This document shows positions 23,041 through 37,200 of a stretch of DNA of 64,000 nucleotides, one piece after another; position 1 is the stretch's first letter; the number at the start of each line of letters is the position of its first letter. The stretch lies in the NCBI GenBank assembly GCA_964016885.1, contig OZ024741.1:11284001-11348000 (forward strand). Reading direction: 5' to 3'. Position numbers and translations under genes: made by a program. The stretch is from Eledone cirrhosa (Eukaryota). The notes under the pieces are model-generated. The model made no database searches, was not told the origin of the DNA, and worked only from the letters and a program-made list of their open reading frames with translations.

Positions 23041-23229
23041 TTAGACCAACACTAGGGAAGTTGTTATATTTTTGACACAACTGAAGAGTCCACTCAACAC
23101 TTTATTTGGTGAGTTTTCTATAGCTGGATGGCAATCTTATCTTTACCACTACAACATAAGGAGGATGGGTGTTTTTGATCGTGGTACCAGCAGGACTACT
23201 TCACAGAGCGGACTATGGGGTGCATTTAT

Positions 23230-23420
23230 AATAATAACAATAATGAAAATTATTGTGTACAGTACTCAGGTGCACAACAACTCATCAAAGGTGCATGTAT
23301 AGTACATAGAATAATGTACAAATGTCAGGAAAGTGAACTGTGTATGTATGGAGGGGGAATATCAGGTGTAGTGTTGGTGAATTTCAAGAAGCATGGATAT
23401 TTTGAAGGATGCAGTGTCAA
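23230..23420 (-). mobile_element. CR1-group 3' fragment (partially duplicated at 23655-23802)
   Basis: (TAA)n plus match to 25237-25590. Confidence 0.8.
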
Positions 23421-23465
23421 GGTATGAAAAAAACAAAATATTCCTTATATATAACCAAAAATATA

Positions 23466-23654
23466 ATTGTTTCTACTTTTGGTACAAAGCCAGCAATTAT
23501 TCCAATGCATTACTGGTACTTTATTTTATCGACCCCATAAGGATGAAAGGCAAAGTTAATCTCGGGGGGGGGATTTGAACTCAGATCATAAAGGGCCGTA
23601 ACTCTATGCTAGAAAGCATGACGTCCGACCCTCTACCAATACTGCCAATCCACC
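23466..23654 (-). mobile_element. tRNA-derived SINE
   Basis: Same family as 31425-31612; B-box GAGTTCAAATCC; central TTGCCTTTCATCCTT..GGGTCGATAAAAT. Confidence 0.8.
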
Positions 23655-24544
23655 AGAATAATGTACAAATGTCAGGAAAGTGAACTGTGTATGAGTCATG
23701 ATATACACACAGATACATGCGTGCTTGTGTGTGGAGGTGGAATATCAGGTGTAGTGTTGGTGAATTTCAGGAAGCATGGAGGTTTTGAAGGATGCAGTGT
23801 CAAGCTATGAAAAAAAAAAAAAAATATTCCTTATATACATATATACCAAAAATATAATAATCTAAAGACTGTTCTCACCATTTTTGCTGCTACAACTGAA
23901 GAACCAAGGGGTTTGTTCTTGCTGTCATATACTTCAATACCTTGTGGTATTTCACTGTTCCTCATCAGCACCACATTACAAGTACTTGCTGTGGCTATCA
24001 ACAAATATAAATACAAACATATATCATCATCATCATCATCACAATCATTATCCTCATCACTATCACCATCATCATCATCATTACATCTACTTATCCAAGC
24101 TGTCATAGGTTTGATGGAATGTTTTGAGACAATATTTAACATCAGAGTGCCCTTCCTGACACCAACCTTTCTAGTTGCATCTTACAACACACAGACATAT
24201 GGTGTACCTATTCTAAAAACTGGGATACACATGGCATTATCTCAGCCCAAATATAAATTAGGGTAGACGTGACTGTGGAATACACAACCACTCATTTTAA
24301 TTAACAAATTGGACATTCAGGTAATCAAAGAACCAGGGGCTGACTATTGAAATTAACACAAGATCCATCATTTAATGTTAATAGAAATGTTATTTGTGTT
24401 AGTAGAGGGTCCTTACTTAAAAGTAATATATTCATCCTTTCTCCAAGCTGTGTATAATTGTCATCTAACTTCTCTCTTAGCTACCTGGCACTGATCTCTG
24501 CTACCCACATTCTTACACTCTTTCCATGTCTGCCTCTTGGCTGT

Positions 24545-24950
24545 GACTGCAGCAGACATGTATAAACTGGAGAGAAATGGAGCAACCATGCTTTATTGGA
24601 TGTGCAATGTAAACACGAGAGAAAGGCAGAGCTTGGATGAACTGAGGGAGAAGCTGGGTTTAAGAGGGATCTGAGGTGGTGTGCAGGAGAGAAGACTGCA
24701 CTGGTATGGTCATGTGATGCGCATGGATGATGACCGATGGGTGAAGATGTGCCAGGAAATGGCAGTGGATGGAAGTTGCAGTAGAGGTAGACTGAGAAAG
24801 ACCTGGGCAGAGGTGGTGAGAGCTGACTTTAAATCACTGAGACTCACAAAGGAGATGACAAAGGAATGCGACTTGTGGAGAGATGGTGTGCTGAGAAGGA
24901 TCTGTCCAACCCATGGAAGCGTGGAAAAACGGACGTAAGAACAAAGATGA
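24545..24950 (+). mobile_element. Old RTE 3' fragment
   Basis: QERRLHWYGHVMRMDD...RKTWAEVVRAD is homologous to the RTE C-terminus. Confidence 0.8.
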
Positions 24951-25533
24951 TTTGGTCATTCTATGAGAGTATCTTGATTAGCCTATCAACTTTTCAGCCT
25001 AATATATAATATTCTTCTTCTTTGCTCACTTATATTTGAGGGGGTGACAGAGTCCTCAGACACATCTTCTAGGTGTTCCTATTGAAAGCAACCAAATGGT
25101 CCAGATGAATCCCCAAGTGTGATAGATCTAGCTTATGGATGTTATCATCATCATTGTTGTTTAACATCTATTTTCCATGCTAGCACGGATTAGATGGGTT
25201 GTCCTGTTTGAGGCAAATCAGGTCAGGTTATGGATATTAATAATAATAATAATGAAATTATTGTGTACAGTGCTCAGGTGCACTACAACTCATCAAAGGT
25301 GCATGTATAGTACATAGAATAATGTACAAATGTCAGGAAAATGAACAGTGTATGAGTCATGATATAATAATAATAATAACAATAATAATGAAATATTGTG
25401 TACAGTGCCCAGGTGCACCACAACTCATCAAAAAGTGCATGTACAGTACATAGGGCAATGCACAAACATCAGTAAAATGAACAGTGCACGAGTCATGATA
25501 CACACATGTGTGCATGTGTATGGAAGGGGTACA

Positions 25534-28301
25534 TCAGGTGTAGTTTTGGCGTATTTCGGGAAGCATGAGTGTTTTAAAGGATGCAGTGTCTCGGCAGCTA
25601 ACAACTGACACAGGTAGTTTGTTCCATGCTTCAGCAACTCTGAGCGTGAAAAAATGTCTACGAAAGTCATGGGAGCTGTGCTGTTTTCTGATTTTGTAGG
25701 CATGTCCACGTGTGTTAGACACATGGAGATCAAAAAGGTGCTCAGGGTTGCAATTGGCGAGATGGTTAATAACTTTGTGGGTATTCATCAAGTCCATTGC
25801 CAGACATCGGAGCTTCAATGAATCCATGCCCAGGGAAGCAAGGTGTTCAGAGTATGGTAGGTGTCTGATGGAGGGTATGCGCTTGGTTGCACGTCTCTGA
25901 ACAGTTTCCAGGAGGTCAATGTTCTGAGCAAGATAGGGGTTCCAGATTGATGATGCGAATTCCAAGTGTGGTCGTACCATAGCTGTATACAGTTTTAAAT
26001 AGATGGCTGGAGAGCGGCTAACAAAGGCCTTGCTGAGTGATGCCAAGACACCCTCGGCCTTCTTGACAATCTTAGAGACATGCTTTGTCCAACGCAAATC
26101 GCTGCTGACAGTAATGCCCAGGTCACGTTCACAAGAGGACTTCTTGATATCAGTGTTGTGGAGGGAGTATGTGGACGCTGGATTTTTCCTTCCAAAATGC
26201 ATGGTGGTACACTTGTCCACAGCCAGCTTCAGTTGACAGTCTGTGATCCATTGCTGCATTGTGTCCATGTCTGATTGTAGGAAAGAGTTGTAAATTTCAG
26301 GATCAGTCCTTTTGATTTCAAGGTACAGCTTGATGTCATCTGCATATTTCAGTACCGTGGCATTCTGTAAGTTGGCATCTATGTCATTAATATATGCCAC
26401 AAACAAAAGGGGACCAAGAACAGATCCCTGTGGTACACCAGATGACATCTCATATGGTGAAGAATGCTGTCCTAGAACCGTGACTACTTCTTTTCGGCTG
26501 AGAATGAAGGATTTCAACCAGTCGTAAAGATCATCCCTCACACCCATTGCAGAGAGTTTTGCCATAAGTCTTTTGGGTGGCACAGAATTAAAAGCCTTAG
26601 CAAAGTCAAGGTAAACAACATCCACCCATGAGCTGCTGTCAGTGATCCGGGTGATGTCTTCAAGGAACTCGATAAGCTGATCACAGCAGCTGGAGTTAGG
26701 GATAAATCCAAACTGTGAGGGCCGGATGAGGCTGTGAGAGCTCCAGAAGTTCCAAAGTGTTTCTCTGACACAGGATTCCATCAGTTTGGCCATACAGCTA
26801 GTAAGACTGACTGGACGATAGTTGACAGGTGACATGCGGTTGCCCTTTTTGAACAGGGGAATGACACTGGCAGTTTTCCACTGCTCCGGAGTAGCACCAT
26901 TGTTGAGACAGTATTGAAAGAAGAAAGAAAGCTGGCGCAAAAGGAAATACCCGCCATGTTTGAGAAGCAGGTATGTCACACCATCAAGACCAGGGGAGCC
27001 ATAGTTGCGCTTATTCTTAAGGTGACGTCGCAACATTGCGGGTGTAAATTCCATAGTTGTTATAGAATTTGATGTTAGAGATGGTGGAGATGGTACATTC
27101 TGGTTTTCAACAGTAAAAATACTTGCATAGCACTCAGCAATGAGTTCTGCGCATTCTTTGGGATCGTCAGTGATCTGGCTTGTGTGGGGATTGCGAAGAG
27201 GACCAACTGGAGAGTGAGGTCTCTGCTTTGAATGGACATATTTCCAGAACACCTTACTGTCAGGATTGGTTGCTATGCACTGTTCAAATTCAATCACTGC
27301 CTTCTTTGTCACTTGCTTGAGATGGTTAGAAGATTTATTCCGCTTTTTTTCTGTTGGCATCTGATCTATGCAGTTTATATTCCCGTTCAGCGTTCTAACG
27401 TTCTTTCCTGGCAAGTCGAACCGCTGAAGTTTCCCAAATTGCACTTTTGGGGTGGTTATTTTTCCGCTTACGTGGCACCGATGCTGCACACACTATCCAT
27501 ATTGAGTCCAGGATGCTCTGGAGTATAGTATTCACATCTCCAGAGTTATACATCTCATGCCAGTTTGGGCGCTGTAGCTCAGTGCAATACAAGTTCCAAT
27601 CCGCCCTCTTCCAATCAAAGCAAGCAGATTGGAGATGGCTCTGGTTTTTGTTGCTGCCCTCAAGTGCCAGATTGGCAATGATCATAGCATGATCAGAGTC
27701 GCCTAGAGGTTCCTCAGTAGTACAACTGATAACCACTTCAGGAGTAGTGGTGAAGATCAGGTCCAAAGTGTTGTCACCTCTTGTTGGAGAGGTGACTACT
27801 TGTGACCAGTTTGAGTCCAGCACTAGTTCAAGGAAATCGTTTGCACCTTGTGGCCAACGAAAGGTTTCCCAATCGATCTCAGAATGATTGAAGTCACCTG
27901 CAATAAACACATAAGTGGCTGTTTTCTTGGCAGCAACTCTGAGAATATCGCAAAGCTGTGTGTCCTGATGGTAGTTTGGGGGGGCGATAAACAACACCAA
28001 GCAGAAGTGTTGACATGGTCATACGTATGTCACAGAAAAAAACTTCTTCCTGTGATCCGTTCAAATCAACGCAAGGAATTACCAAAAAGTTTGAACGAAC
28101 GTAGACCATCACACCACCACCACGGCGATTAATGCGGTCCTTGCGGAAAAGGTTGTACCCAGTAATGCTGAAAACCCCATCACAGAGTAAGGAATGTGCC
28201 CATGTTTCTGTGACTGTGATGAAGTCAGGGTCGATGCTTCTGACGTAGGATTCAAACAGATGTATCTTGTTGCATAAACTGCGAGCATTTAAGGACAACA
28301 A
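25534..28301 (-). pseudogene. CR1-group ORF2 (APE + RT), two frameshifts (~27990, ~27480)
   Basis: LNARSL, VTETW, GGGV, VYRPP, GDFN, LDLI, SDH; NYRPVSL, QFGF, YLDFAKAF, GVPQGSVLGPLLF, YADD, RDLG. Confidence 0.9.
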
Positions 28302-28357
28302 TTTGTACCCTGCTCGCAGTTTATGATGGTGTGTAGAGGGTGGCAGGTTGTTCTGGT

Positions 28358-29760
28358 TTAGTTTCCCAGAGTTGTAGCAGTTTTTACATTGCCAGTTATT
28401 GTGGGTAGATCACACTCAGACCAGCTGGTATCTCTCTTCCACATTTCACCAGCCTTGACAAACCTCCAGATCTGCCCATCATCACGCAGACTAAAACTTT
28501 CATGTTGTGCTGAGTTCCGATTCAAGGAAGCTGCAGCATGGAGCTTTGGACGTACATGGGGTGGTAGGCCTGGGCGTGTTCGGAAGGTAATCCGATTTTC
28601 ACGCCCAGCTTTAACAGAGGCCAGATGGTATGAGGTTGCCTCAGTGGGGTCCGAAAAAGACAGCCTGATGAGTCTGGGTTTTGGACCAGGTCGACCAAGG
28701 AGGAGAGCACCCTTTGGGGGAACACAGCCTAGGTCTTTGTCTGAGCTGGCAGCAAATGCCTGAAGATCAGCCTTGTCCTCTGGTACCCCAATGGCAATCA
28801 CTTCATGGGTAGCAGATTCCGCAGTCTTTTCAGTGTGGCCAGATACGGCAAGAGGTACAGGGAGATTCTTTAGCAAGGCATTCCGATAAGACTCCTCATT
28901 GTGGGGTCCTACCCGAATGCTTGCCTTTATTCCTGTTACTTCCCTTCTTAAAGCAGAAATCATTAGTTGCAATTCTGCAAAATCTGTACTGGTCGGTTGT
29001 TGTTGTTGTTGTTGCTGTTGTTGTTGTTGTTGCTGTTATTGTTGGTGATGATGATGTTCCTCCACGGGAATGGTAGGGGAAGACACAGTCGCAGGTTGTT
29101 GCTGCTGTTGCTGTTGTTGTGGTTGGTGATGATGATGTTCCTCCACGGGAATGGTAGGGGAAGACACAGTCGCAGGTTGTTGCTGCTGTTGCTGTTGTTG
29201 TTGTTGGTGATGATGATGTTCCTCCACAGGAATGATAGGGGAAGACACAGCGCAGGTTGCTGGTGTCGAGATGTACTGGGAGCGGAAGACATGGGTTGTT
29301 GTTGTTTCTGATGTTCTCCCACAGGAATAGCAGTAGAAGCCAGTGTCATAGGTTTTTGCCGTTGTTCCGTAACAATGGTAGAGGAAGACACAGTCATTGG
29401 TTTTTGTTGTTGTTGTTGTTTTTCAATAACATTAATAACATTAGTGGAGGCAGGCACACAGGCCAGACACTGAAAGGACCAGGATTTTAGCTGGACCATC
29501 TCCCAGATTCCATCCATCATAGCATTATGATGTCTCTTTTTTTGGCCTGGGATCCTCCGGAAGCCTGTGGCGCATTGAAGGCAGACAGAGATGCGACAAG
29601 TTCCACATTCGACCCAGCGATTACGGAACGAGTTTTCGGGTTCCGCACAGATATGGCAGATGTGGTTTTCTGGGCAATGTTCTATTTTGGAACATCGACC
29701 AGTTTTGTCGCATATTTCATCGATGGATATCACCATGGCAATTTTGTTATTTCTGCCCAT
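28358..29760 (-). pseudogene. CR1-group ORF1 with N-terminal PHD finger and Q/H-rich 60-bp repeats, frameshifted
   Basis: CHIC...WVECGTC..VCLQC...FQCLAC; C-terminal LGRPGPKPRLIRLSF (RRM/L1-like ORF1 tail). Confidence 0.7.
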
Positions 29761-31302
29761 CCGTAGAAAAACACAGAATGTAAACAATATAGGTTTAGCG
29801 CACTTGATTACGATAGAAATAAAATGTCTGTTTTTTGTTTTGTTTTTTGTGTATTTTGTTTCCGTTTTCCTAAATGCTGTGTGTGTGTACAGAAGAGTCT
29901 GTGCATGAAACAAATAAATATGCTGCGTAAGTTAAATGAAACGTACTGTAGAAGGCAACAGTTTATTAACAGCGAAATAACGTTTTTTTTCCCTGATACT
30001 GCTTCTTTATAATAAACTTTCAATAATATTTTTCAAATTATTAACTTTCGGCTGCTAGCATATATATATAATTACCAATGTATGTAAGATTGGCCGGTAT
30101 AGTGTCTCACACGAAATAGTGTGGTTTCTTTTCACGTGTGTGTATATGCATGTGGTATGTATCTGTATATAAATCTGTGTGTATATTGTTGTTTATATGT
30201 TTTGTGAAGTACTTACTGCGATCCCTAAGGGATGTAGTGATTTGTTTGTTTTTTTCCCTTTTTCCCCGTCCATGTCCACACGTGGTTTGTTGGCGAAAAT
30301 CAAGTCAAATTAAATATACTTCATCTAGCTTGTGGTCTACCTCTGGGTTACCTATCAGTTAGCTTTGCCTGTAAAATCTGTCCTGTGATTTTTACTCAGA
30401 TCTTTTAACCAAATGGCTGTAATACGAGAGCTGTGATCTCTCAATGTGGAGAAATAGCGGTTCAACCTGCAGTGACTCCCTTATCTCTGAGTTACACACC
30501 CTAATATTGTTTTTGCAAACTGTCCTATAACAGTTAAACCCTGCACTCCTGGGTCAGGAAGAACAGATGTCTCAAACAGTAATACAGGTGAGAGAAGATA
30601 GAAAACATTAAAGGAAATATTTTTACCCCCTTCATTACTGCATTTCTAATGAATAACTCTGTAGTTGGATTCATTATCTCTTAACATCTAACAATTTAGG
30701 AGAAAATAACTAAAGATAGGTTTGTTAATTCCAATATTTATAATATCTTTACTGGTAGTTAATAGATTGATGTGAAACTTTATAGTAACAACTTCAATTT
30801 TTAATATGATGCAGTCATAATGTGGTTTTGTACTTTTCAAAAATGTTTTGTTAATGTAACCCATGCTAGCATAGAAGACAGACGTTAAATGATGATGATG
30901 ATGGTGGTTTCATGAAGTACAGGATGGTAAAAGGTAATGAAGAATTTGGTGGGGATTTACTAAAATTATCAAACATTAAAATAGTATTTATTATATAACC
31001 TATGGAAAGTTTCTCATACCAAATTATATTGGGAGATTTTAATTTAAATAGGAACCCTTTAAAATGGGGGTTTCATGGAAACATGGGAAGTTTTGGCTGG
31101 GTTTATATAAAAAGGGTAAAATATGGATGAAATATAATACACCAACAGATAGAACAGTGTCCACTCACCAACAGCAGGAAACGGTACAAATCTTTTGATG
31201 AATATTTTGGTAGCAGGACTAAAACGTTCAGCTTTTTCTATAAGGACACTAATACCAACCTGGAATAAAATTACCAAAGAAGACTAATTTATAGTCATAA
31301 CA

Positions 31303-31731
31303 TTAACCTTTTAGCATTTACATTACTCTATATTTACCATTGTATTTTCATGGTAAAAGCTTTATCTCACATATAATATCGAATCTATGAGATTTTGATA
31401 TTATTTATTTTGAAATTTATTTTAGGGGCTGTGAATTGGCAGTATTGGTAGAGGGTTGGACACCATGCTTTCTAGCATAGTTATGTCCCTTTATGGTCTG
31501 AGTTCAAATCCCGTCGAGGTTAACTTTGCCTTTCATCCTTACGGAGTCGATAAAATAAAGTACCAGTAATGTACTGGGTAATTGCTGGCCTTGTGCCAAA
31601 AGTAGAAACAATTATTTATTTTGAAAACAATACCTTAACATCAGTATGAGTGGCCAGTTATGGTCAGTTTGAACAGAAAGAAGTGAGAGAATTCTGGCCA
31701 GATACAACCAGTTTAAATGCTAAAGGGTTAA
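31303..31731. mobile_element. piggyBac-like MITE
   Basis: TTAA-CCTTTTAGCATTTA ... TAAATGCTAAAGGG-TTAA (13/14-bp TIR, TTAA TSD). Confidence 0.75.
31425..31612 (+). mobile_element. tRNA-derived SINE nested in the MITE
   Basis: A/B boxes TGGCAGTATTGG and GAGTTCAAATCC; flanking repeat TTATTTATTTTGAAA at 31401 and 31612. Confidence 0.85.
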
Positions 31732-32057
31732 ACAGCATTTGTAGTTCTTTAAATGTGTATAAAGATCAACTTAATATTTTTTGACAGACACAGCAAAGAT
31801 TTTCACAAATATAAACAAACAGCATGTTGATATCTCATCTGTGGACAGAAAAAACCCTATACCTACCACTATTGTCCATGAAGAGATATATAGCTAATAG
31901 CTATAACTACTATCTACAGCAACCAATGTACAATATTGTACATTGGTCATTCTCTCACCATTACTTCAGCAAGTATTGTGGTGAAGTTTAGTCAAGGAGT
32001 ATAATATGATGGCAACATCTCCAAAGTTAATTCCTATTTTCCCTAAAAGACTTACAA

Positions 32058-32245
32058 TAATTGTTTCTACTTTTGGCACAAGGCCAGCAATTACCCCAGT
32101 GTATTACTGGAACTTTATTTTATCGACCCTGTAAGGATGAAAGGCAAAGTTAACTTCGGCGGGATTTGAACTCAAATCGTAAAGGGGCGTAACTCTATGC
32201 TGCAAAGCATGGCGTCCGATCCTCTACCAATACTGCCAATCCACC
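32058..32245 (-). mobile_element. tRNA-derived SINE, same family
   Basis: Reverse complement of 31425-31612; TSD ACTTACAA(T/C)AAT. Confidence 0.85.
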
Positions 32246-32806
32246 ACTTACAACAATATTACTCAATGACAAATATAACATTTTTTTTACCTCACCACAT
32301 TCTTTTCCTTGTTACTCTTGGATCTCGAATAATCTTCACCCCCCCTCCTCGTCCCATTAAGTTTTCAGGTTCCCCCACCCCACTCCTCTAATTCCACCCC
32401 CCACCCCACTAATTAAATTTTACTAATTTTATTTTAAGTGGTAGCATTCCTGTGATAATTTATTTTCTTTATACATTAAAAAACATTATACATGAAAAAA
32501 AAGGACATGACTAGAAATCCAATATGTTATAAAATAAATAGGATGTGTTGGGGTCTCAATATGTAAACTAAACGACTAATTCTGGGGTTTTTTTAATATC
32601 AACAGAGACAACCTAGAAAAATTACCGATTTTCCAAACCACCTCGCTTATTCCAACCCCCTACCCCCCATTATATACGACCCGAGAGTAATTTGTTGTTT
32701 CCCTGCATATTAATTATGTTAACATTAACTTGACGATATAACAATTGTAAGGGAGATAACTTTGTGTTGACTACTTACGGCTATTGATACGGCAGATGAA
32801 ACAGCT

Positions 32807-33070
32807 CCAAGGTAACCTGTTATAAACCTCTTCATGGGAGTTGGCTGTACAAGATAAAATATATACAGTATCATATAACAGTGTTATGTAGTCAGAATTA
32901 ACCGATTCAAGGTAACCTATTATAAACCTCTTCATAGGAAGTGGCTGTACAAGATAACAAAATATATAGTGTTATGTAGTCAGAATTAACTGATTCATTG
33001 CTGCATTTCTAATGGTTGTACAAGATAAATAACAAAATATAAGCATTGTCATGTAGTCAGAATTAACCCA
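32807..33070. repeat. Degenerate ~95-bp tandem duplication, 2-3 copies
   Basis: CAAGGTAACCT..TATAAACCTCTTCAT x2; GTACAAGATAA..ATGTAGTCAGAATTAAC x3. Confidence 0.7.
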
Positions 33071-33145
33071 TTGAAGTCATGACCTGGATGTGACCCAGCC
33101 CCCTTAGAGTTAAGGGCTGAAAAACTCGCTTGAGGGGGGAGGGGG

Positions 33146-33910
33146 GATTTCTTCTCTGAAGACCTTCTCCTGCCCAGCTCACCTGAGAGTTTCTTCTCTG
33201 AAGACCTTCTCCTGTCCAACTATCCTCACAGTTTCTTCTCTGAAGACCTTCTCCTGTTCAGCTATCTGGACAGTTTCTTCTCTGAAGACCTTCTCCTGCC
33301 CAGCTCACCTGAGAGTTTCTTCTCTGAAGACTTTCTACTGTCCATCTCTCCTCACAGTTTCTTCTCTGAAGACCTTATGTTGTCCAGCTCACCTGAGAGT
33401 TTCTTCTCTGAAGACCTGCTGCTGTTCAGCTCTCCAGCGAGTTTCTTCTCTGAAGACCTACAGCTGTCCAACTCTCCTCAGAGTTTTTTATCTGAAGACC
33501 TTCTGCTGTCCAACTCACCTGAGAGTTTCTCCTCTGAAGACCTTCTGCTGTCCAGCTCTCCTGACAGTTTTTTATCTGAAGACCTTCTGCTGTCCAGCTC
33601 TCCTGACAGTTTTGTCTCTGAAGACCTTCTGCTGTCCAGCTCTCCTGACAGTTTTTTATCTGAAGACCTTCTGCTGTCCAGCTCTCCTCACAGTTTTGTC
33701 TCTGAAGACCTTCTGCTGTCTAGCTCACCTGACAGTTTCTTCTCTGAAGACCTTATGTTGCCCAGCTCACCTGAGAGTTTCTTCTCTGAAGACCTGCTGT
33801 CCAGCTCTCCTGACAGTTTTGTCTCTGAAGACCTTCTGTTGTCCAGCTCTCCTGACAGTTTTTTATCTGAAGACCTTCTGCTGTCCAGCTCTCCTGGGAG
33901 ATTTTTATCA
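33146..33910. repeat. 42-bp minisatellite, ~18 diverged copies
   Basis: Unit TTCTTCTCTGAAGACCTTCTGCTGTCCAGCTCACCTGAGAGT. Confidence 0.9.
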
Positions 33911-34209
33911 GTGCATTTCTAATAAAATACACAGTATATATTTAAATAGAAGGTAATATGCAAAATAATATGACTGAATACCATTGGCCAAAGTGGGGTT
34001 CCTCTGAAGAGTTTTATGAAGTAACATTACTAGATACAGTGCATAGCTAAGGGACCGGGGAATTGCTACAGGTAGAGTTAGTACTTCTACGATACAGCAG
34101 AACTCTGCTCAATATGACCCCCCCCCCCCCCCTCATGTAATTACACTCTAACAAGTAAAACTACAAACTTTAATTCTTAATATCCTGTACCACATGAAAC
34201 AACGTTAAA

Positions 34210-37200
34210 ATGTACTAAACAGTACTATAACTACATCACATGTACTAAACAGTACTATGACTACATCACATGTACTAAACAGTACTATGACTACATCACA
34301 TGTGCTAAACAGTACTATAACTACATCACATGTACTAAACAGTACTATGGCTACATCACATGTACTAAACAGTACTATGACTACATCACATGTACTAAAC
34401 AGTACTATGGCTACATCACATGTGCTAAACAGTACTATAACTACATCACATGTACTAAACAGTACTATGGCTACATCACATGTGCTAAAAAGTACTATAA
34501 CTACATCACATGTACTAAACAGTACTATGGCTACATCACATGTGCTAAACAGTACTATAACTACATCACATGTACTAAACAGTACTATGGCTACATCACA
34601 TGTGCTAAACAGTACTATGACTACATCACATCAAATATGTACTAAACAGTACTATGACTACATCACATGTACTAAACAGTACTATAACTACATCACATGT
34701 ACTAAACAGTACTATGACTACAACACATGTACTAAACAGTACTATAAATACATCACATCAAATATGTACTATATACAGTACTATGGCTACATCACATGTA
34801 CTAAACAGTACTATGGCTACATCACATATACTAAACAGTACTATAACTACATCACATCGAATATGTACTAAACAGTACTATGACTACATCACATGTACTA
34901 AACAGTACTATGGCTACATCACATGTACTAAACAGTAATATGACTACAACACATGTACTAAACAGTACTATGACTACATCACATGTACTAAATAGTACTA
35001 TGAGTACATCACATGTACTAAACAGTACTATGACTACATCACATGTACTAAACAATACTATGACTACATCACACCAAATATGTACTAAACAGTACTATGA
35101 CTACATCACATGTACTAAACAGTACTATGACTACATCACATGTACTAAACAGTACTATGACTACATCACATGTACTAAACAGTACTATGACTACATCACA
35201 TGTACTAAACAGTACTATGACTACATCACATGTACTAAACAGTACTATGACTACATCACATGTACTAAACAGTACTATAACTACATCACACCAAATATGT
35301 ATTAAACAGTACTATGACTACATAACATGTACTAAACAGTACTATAACTACATCACATGTACTAAACAGTACTATAACTACATCACATCAAATATGTACT
35401 AAACAGTACTATGACTACATCACATGTACTAAACAGTACTATGGCTACATCACATGTACTAAACAGTACTATAACTACATCACATGTACTAAACAGTACT
35501 ATGACTACATCACATGTACTAAACAGTACTATGACTACATCACATGTGTTAAACAGTACTATGACTACATCACATGTACTAAACAGTACTATGGCTACAT
35601 CACATGTACTAAACAGTACTATGGCTACATCACATGTACTAAGCAGTACTATGACTACATCACATGTGCTAAACAGTACTATGACTACATCACATGTACT
35701 AAACAGTACTATAACTACATCACATGTACTAAACAGTACTATGGCTACATCACATGTACTAAACAGTACTATGGCTACATCACATGTACTAAACAGTACT
35801 ATGACTACATCACATGTACTAAACAGTACTATGGCTACATCACATGTACTAAACAGTACTATGGCTACATCACATGTACTAAACAGTACTATGGCTACAT
35901 CACATGTACTAAACAGTACTATGGCTACATCACATGTACTAAACAGTACTATGACTACATCACATGTACTAAACAGTACTATGACTACATCACATGTGCT
36001 AAACAGTACTATGACTACATCAGATGTACTAAACAGTACTATGACTACATCACATCAAATATGTACTAAACAGTACTATGACTACATCACATGTGCTAAA
36101 CAGTACTATGACTACATCACACCAAATATGTACTAAACAGTACTATGACTACATCACACCAAATATGTACTAAACAGTACTATGACTACATCACATGTAC
36201 TAAACAGTACTATGACTACATCACATGTACTAAACAGTACTATGGCTACATCACATGTACTAAACAGTACTATGGCTACATCACATGTACTAAACAGTAC
36301 TATGGCTACATCACATGTACTAAACAGTACTATGACTACAACACATGTGCTAAACAGTACTATAACTACATCACATGTACTAAATAGTACTATGACTACA
36401 TCACATGTACTAAACAGTACTATAACTACATCACATGTACTAAACAGTACTATGACTACATCACATGTACTAAACAGTACTATGACTACATCACATGTGT
36501 TAAACAGTACTATGACTACATCACATGTACTAAACAGTACTATGACTACATCACATGTACTAAACAGTACTATGGCTACATCACATGTACTAAGCAGTAC
36601 TATGACTACATCACATGTGCTAAACAGTACTATGACTACATCACATGTACTAAACAGTACTATAACTACATCACATGTACTAAACAGTACTATGGCTACA
36701 TCACATGTACTAAACAGTACTATGGCTACATCACATGTACTAAACAGTACTATGACTACATCACATGTACTAAACAGTACTATGGCTACATCACATGTAC
36801 TAAACAGTACTATGGCTACATCACATGTACTAAACAGTACTATGGCTACATCACATGTACTAAACAGTACTATGACTACATCACATGTACTAAACAGTAC
36901 TATGACTACATCACATGTGCTAAACAGTACTATGACTACATCACATGTACTAAACAGTACTATGACTACAACACATCAAATATGTACTAAACAGTACTAT
37001 GACTACATCACATGTGCTAAACAGTACTATGACTACATCACACCAAATATGTACTAAACAGTACTATGACTACATCACACCAAATATGTACTAAACAGTA
37101 CTATGACTACATCACATGTACTAAACAGTACTATGACTACATCACATGTACTAAACAGTACTATGGCTACATCACATGTACTAAGCAGTACTATGGTTAC

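Larger units (their letters stand above)
25237..30058 (-). mobile_element. CR1/L2-group LINE, near full length, decayed; 3' end tandemly duplicated
   Basis: ORF1 + ORF2 layout; (TTA)n tails at 25237-25252 and 25366-25388; 5' boundary approximate. Confidence 0.85.

Noticed and set aside
30395-30592. Possible + strand exon ending CAG|GTGAG
   Set aside because: Stops in all frames from the plausible acceptors and no recognisable protein; could only be UTR or lncRNA
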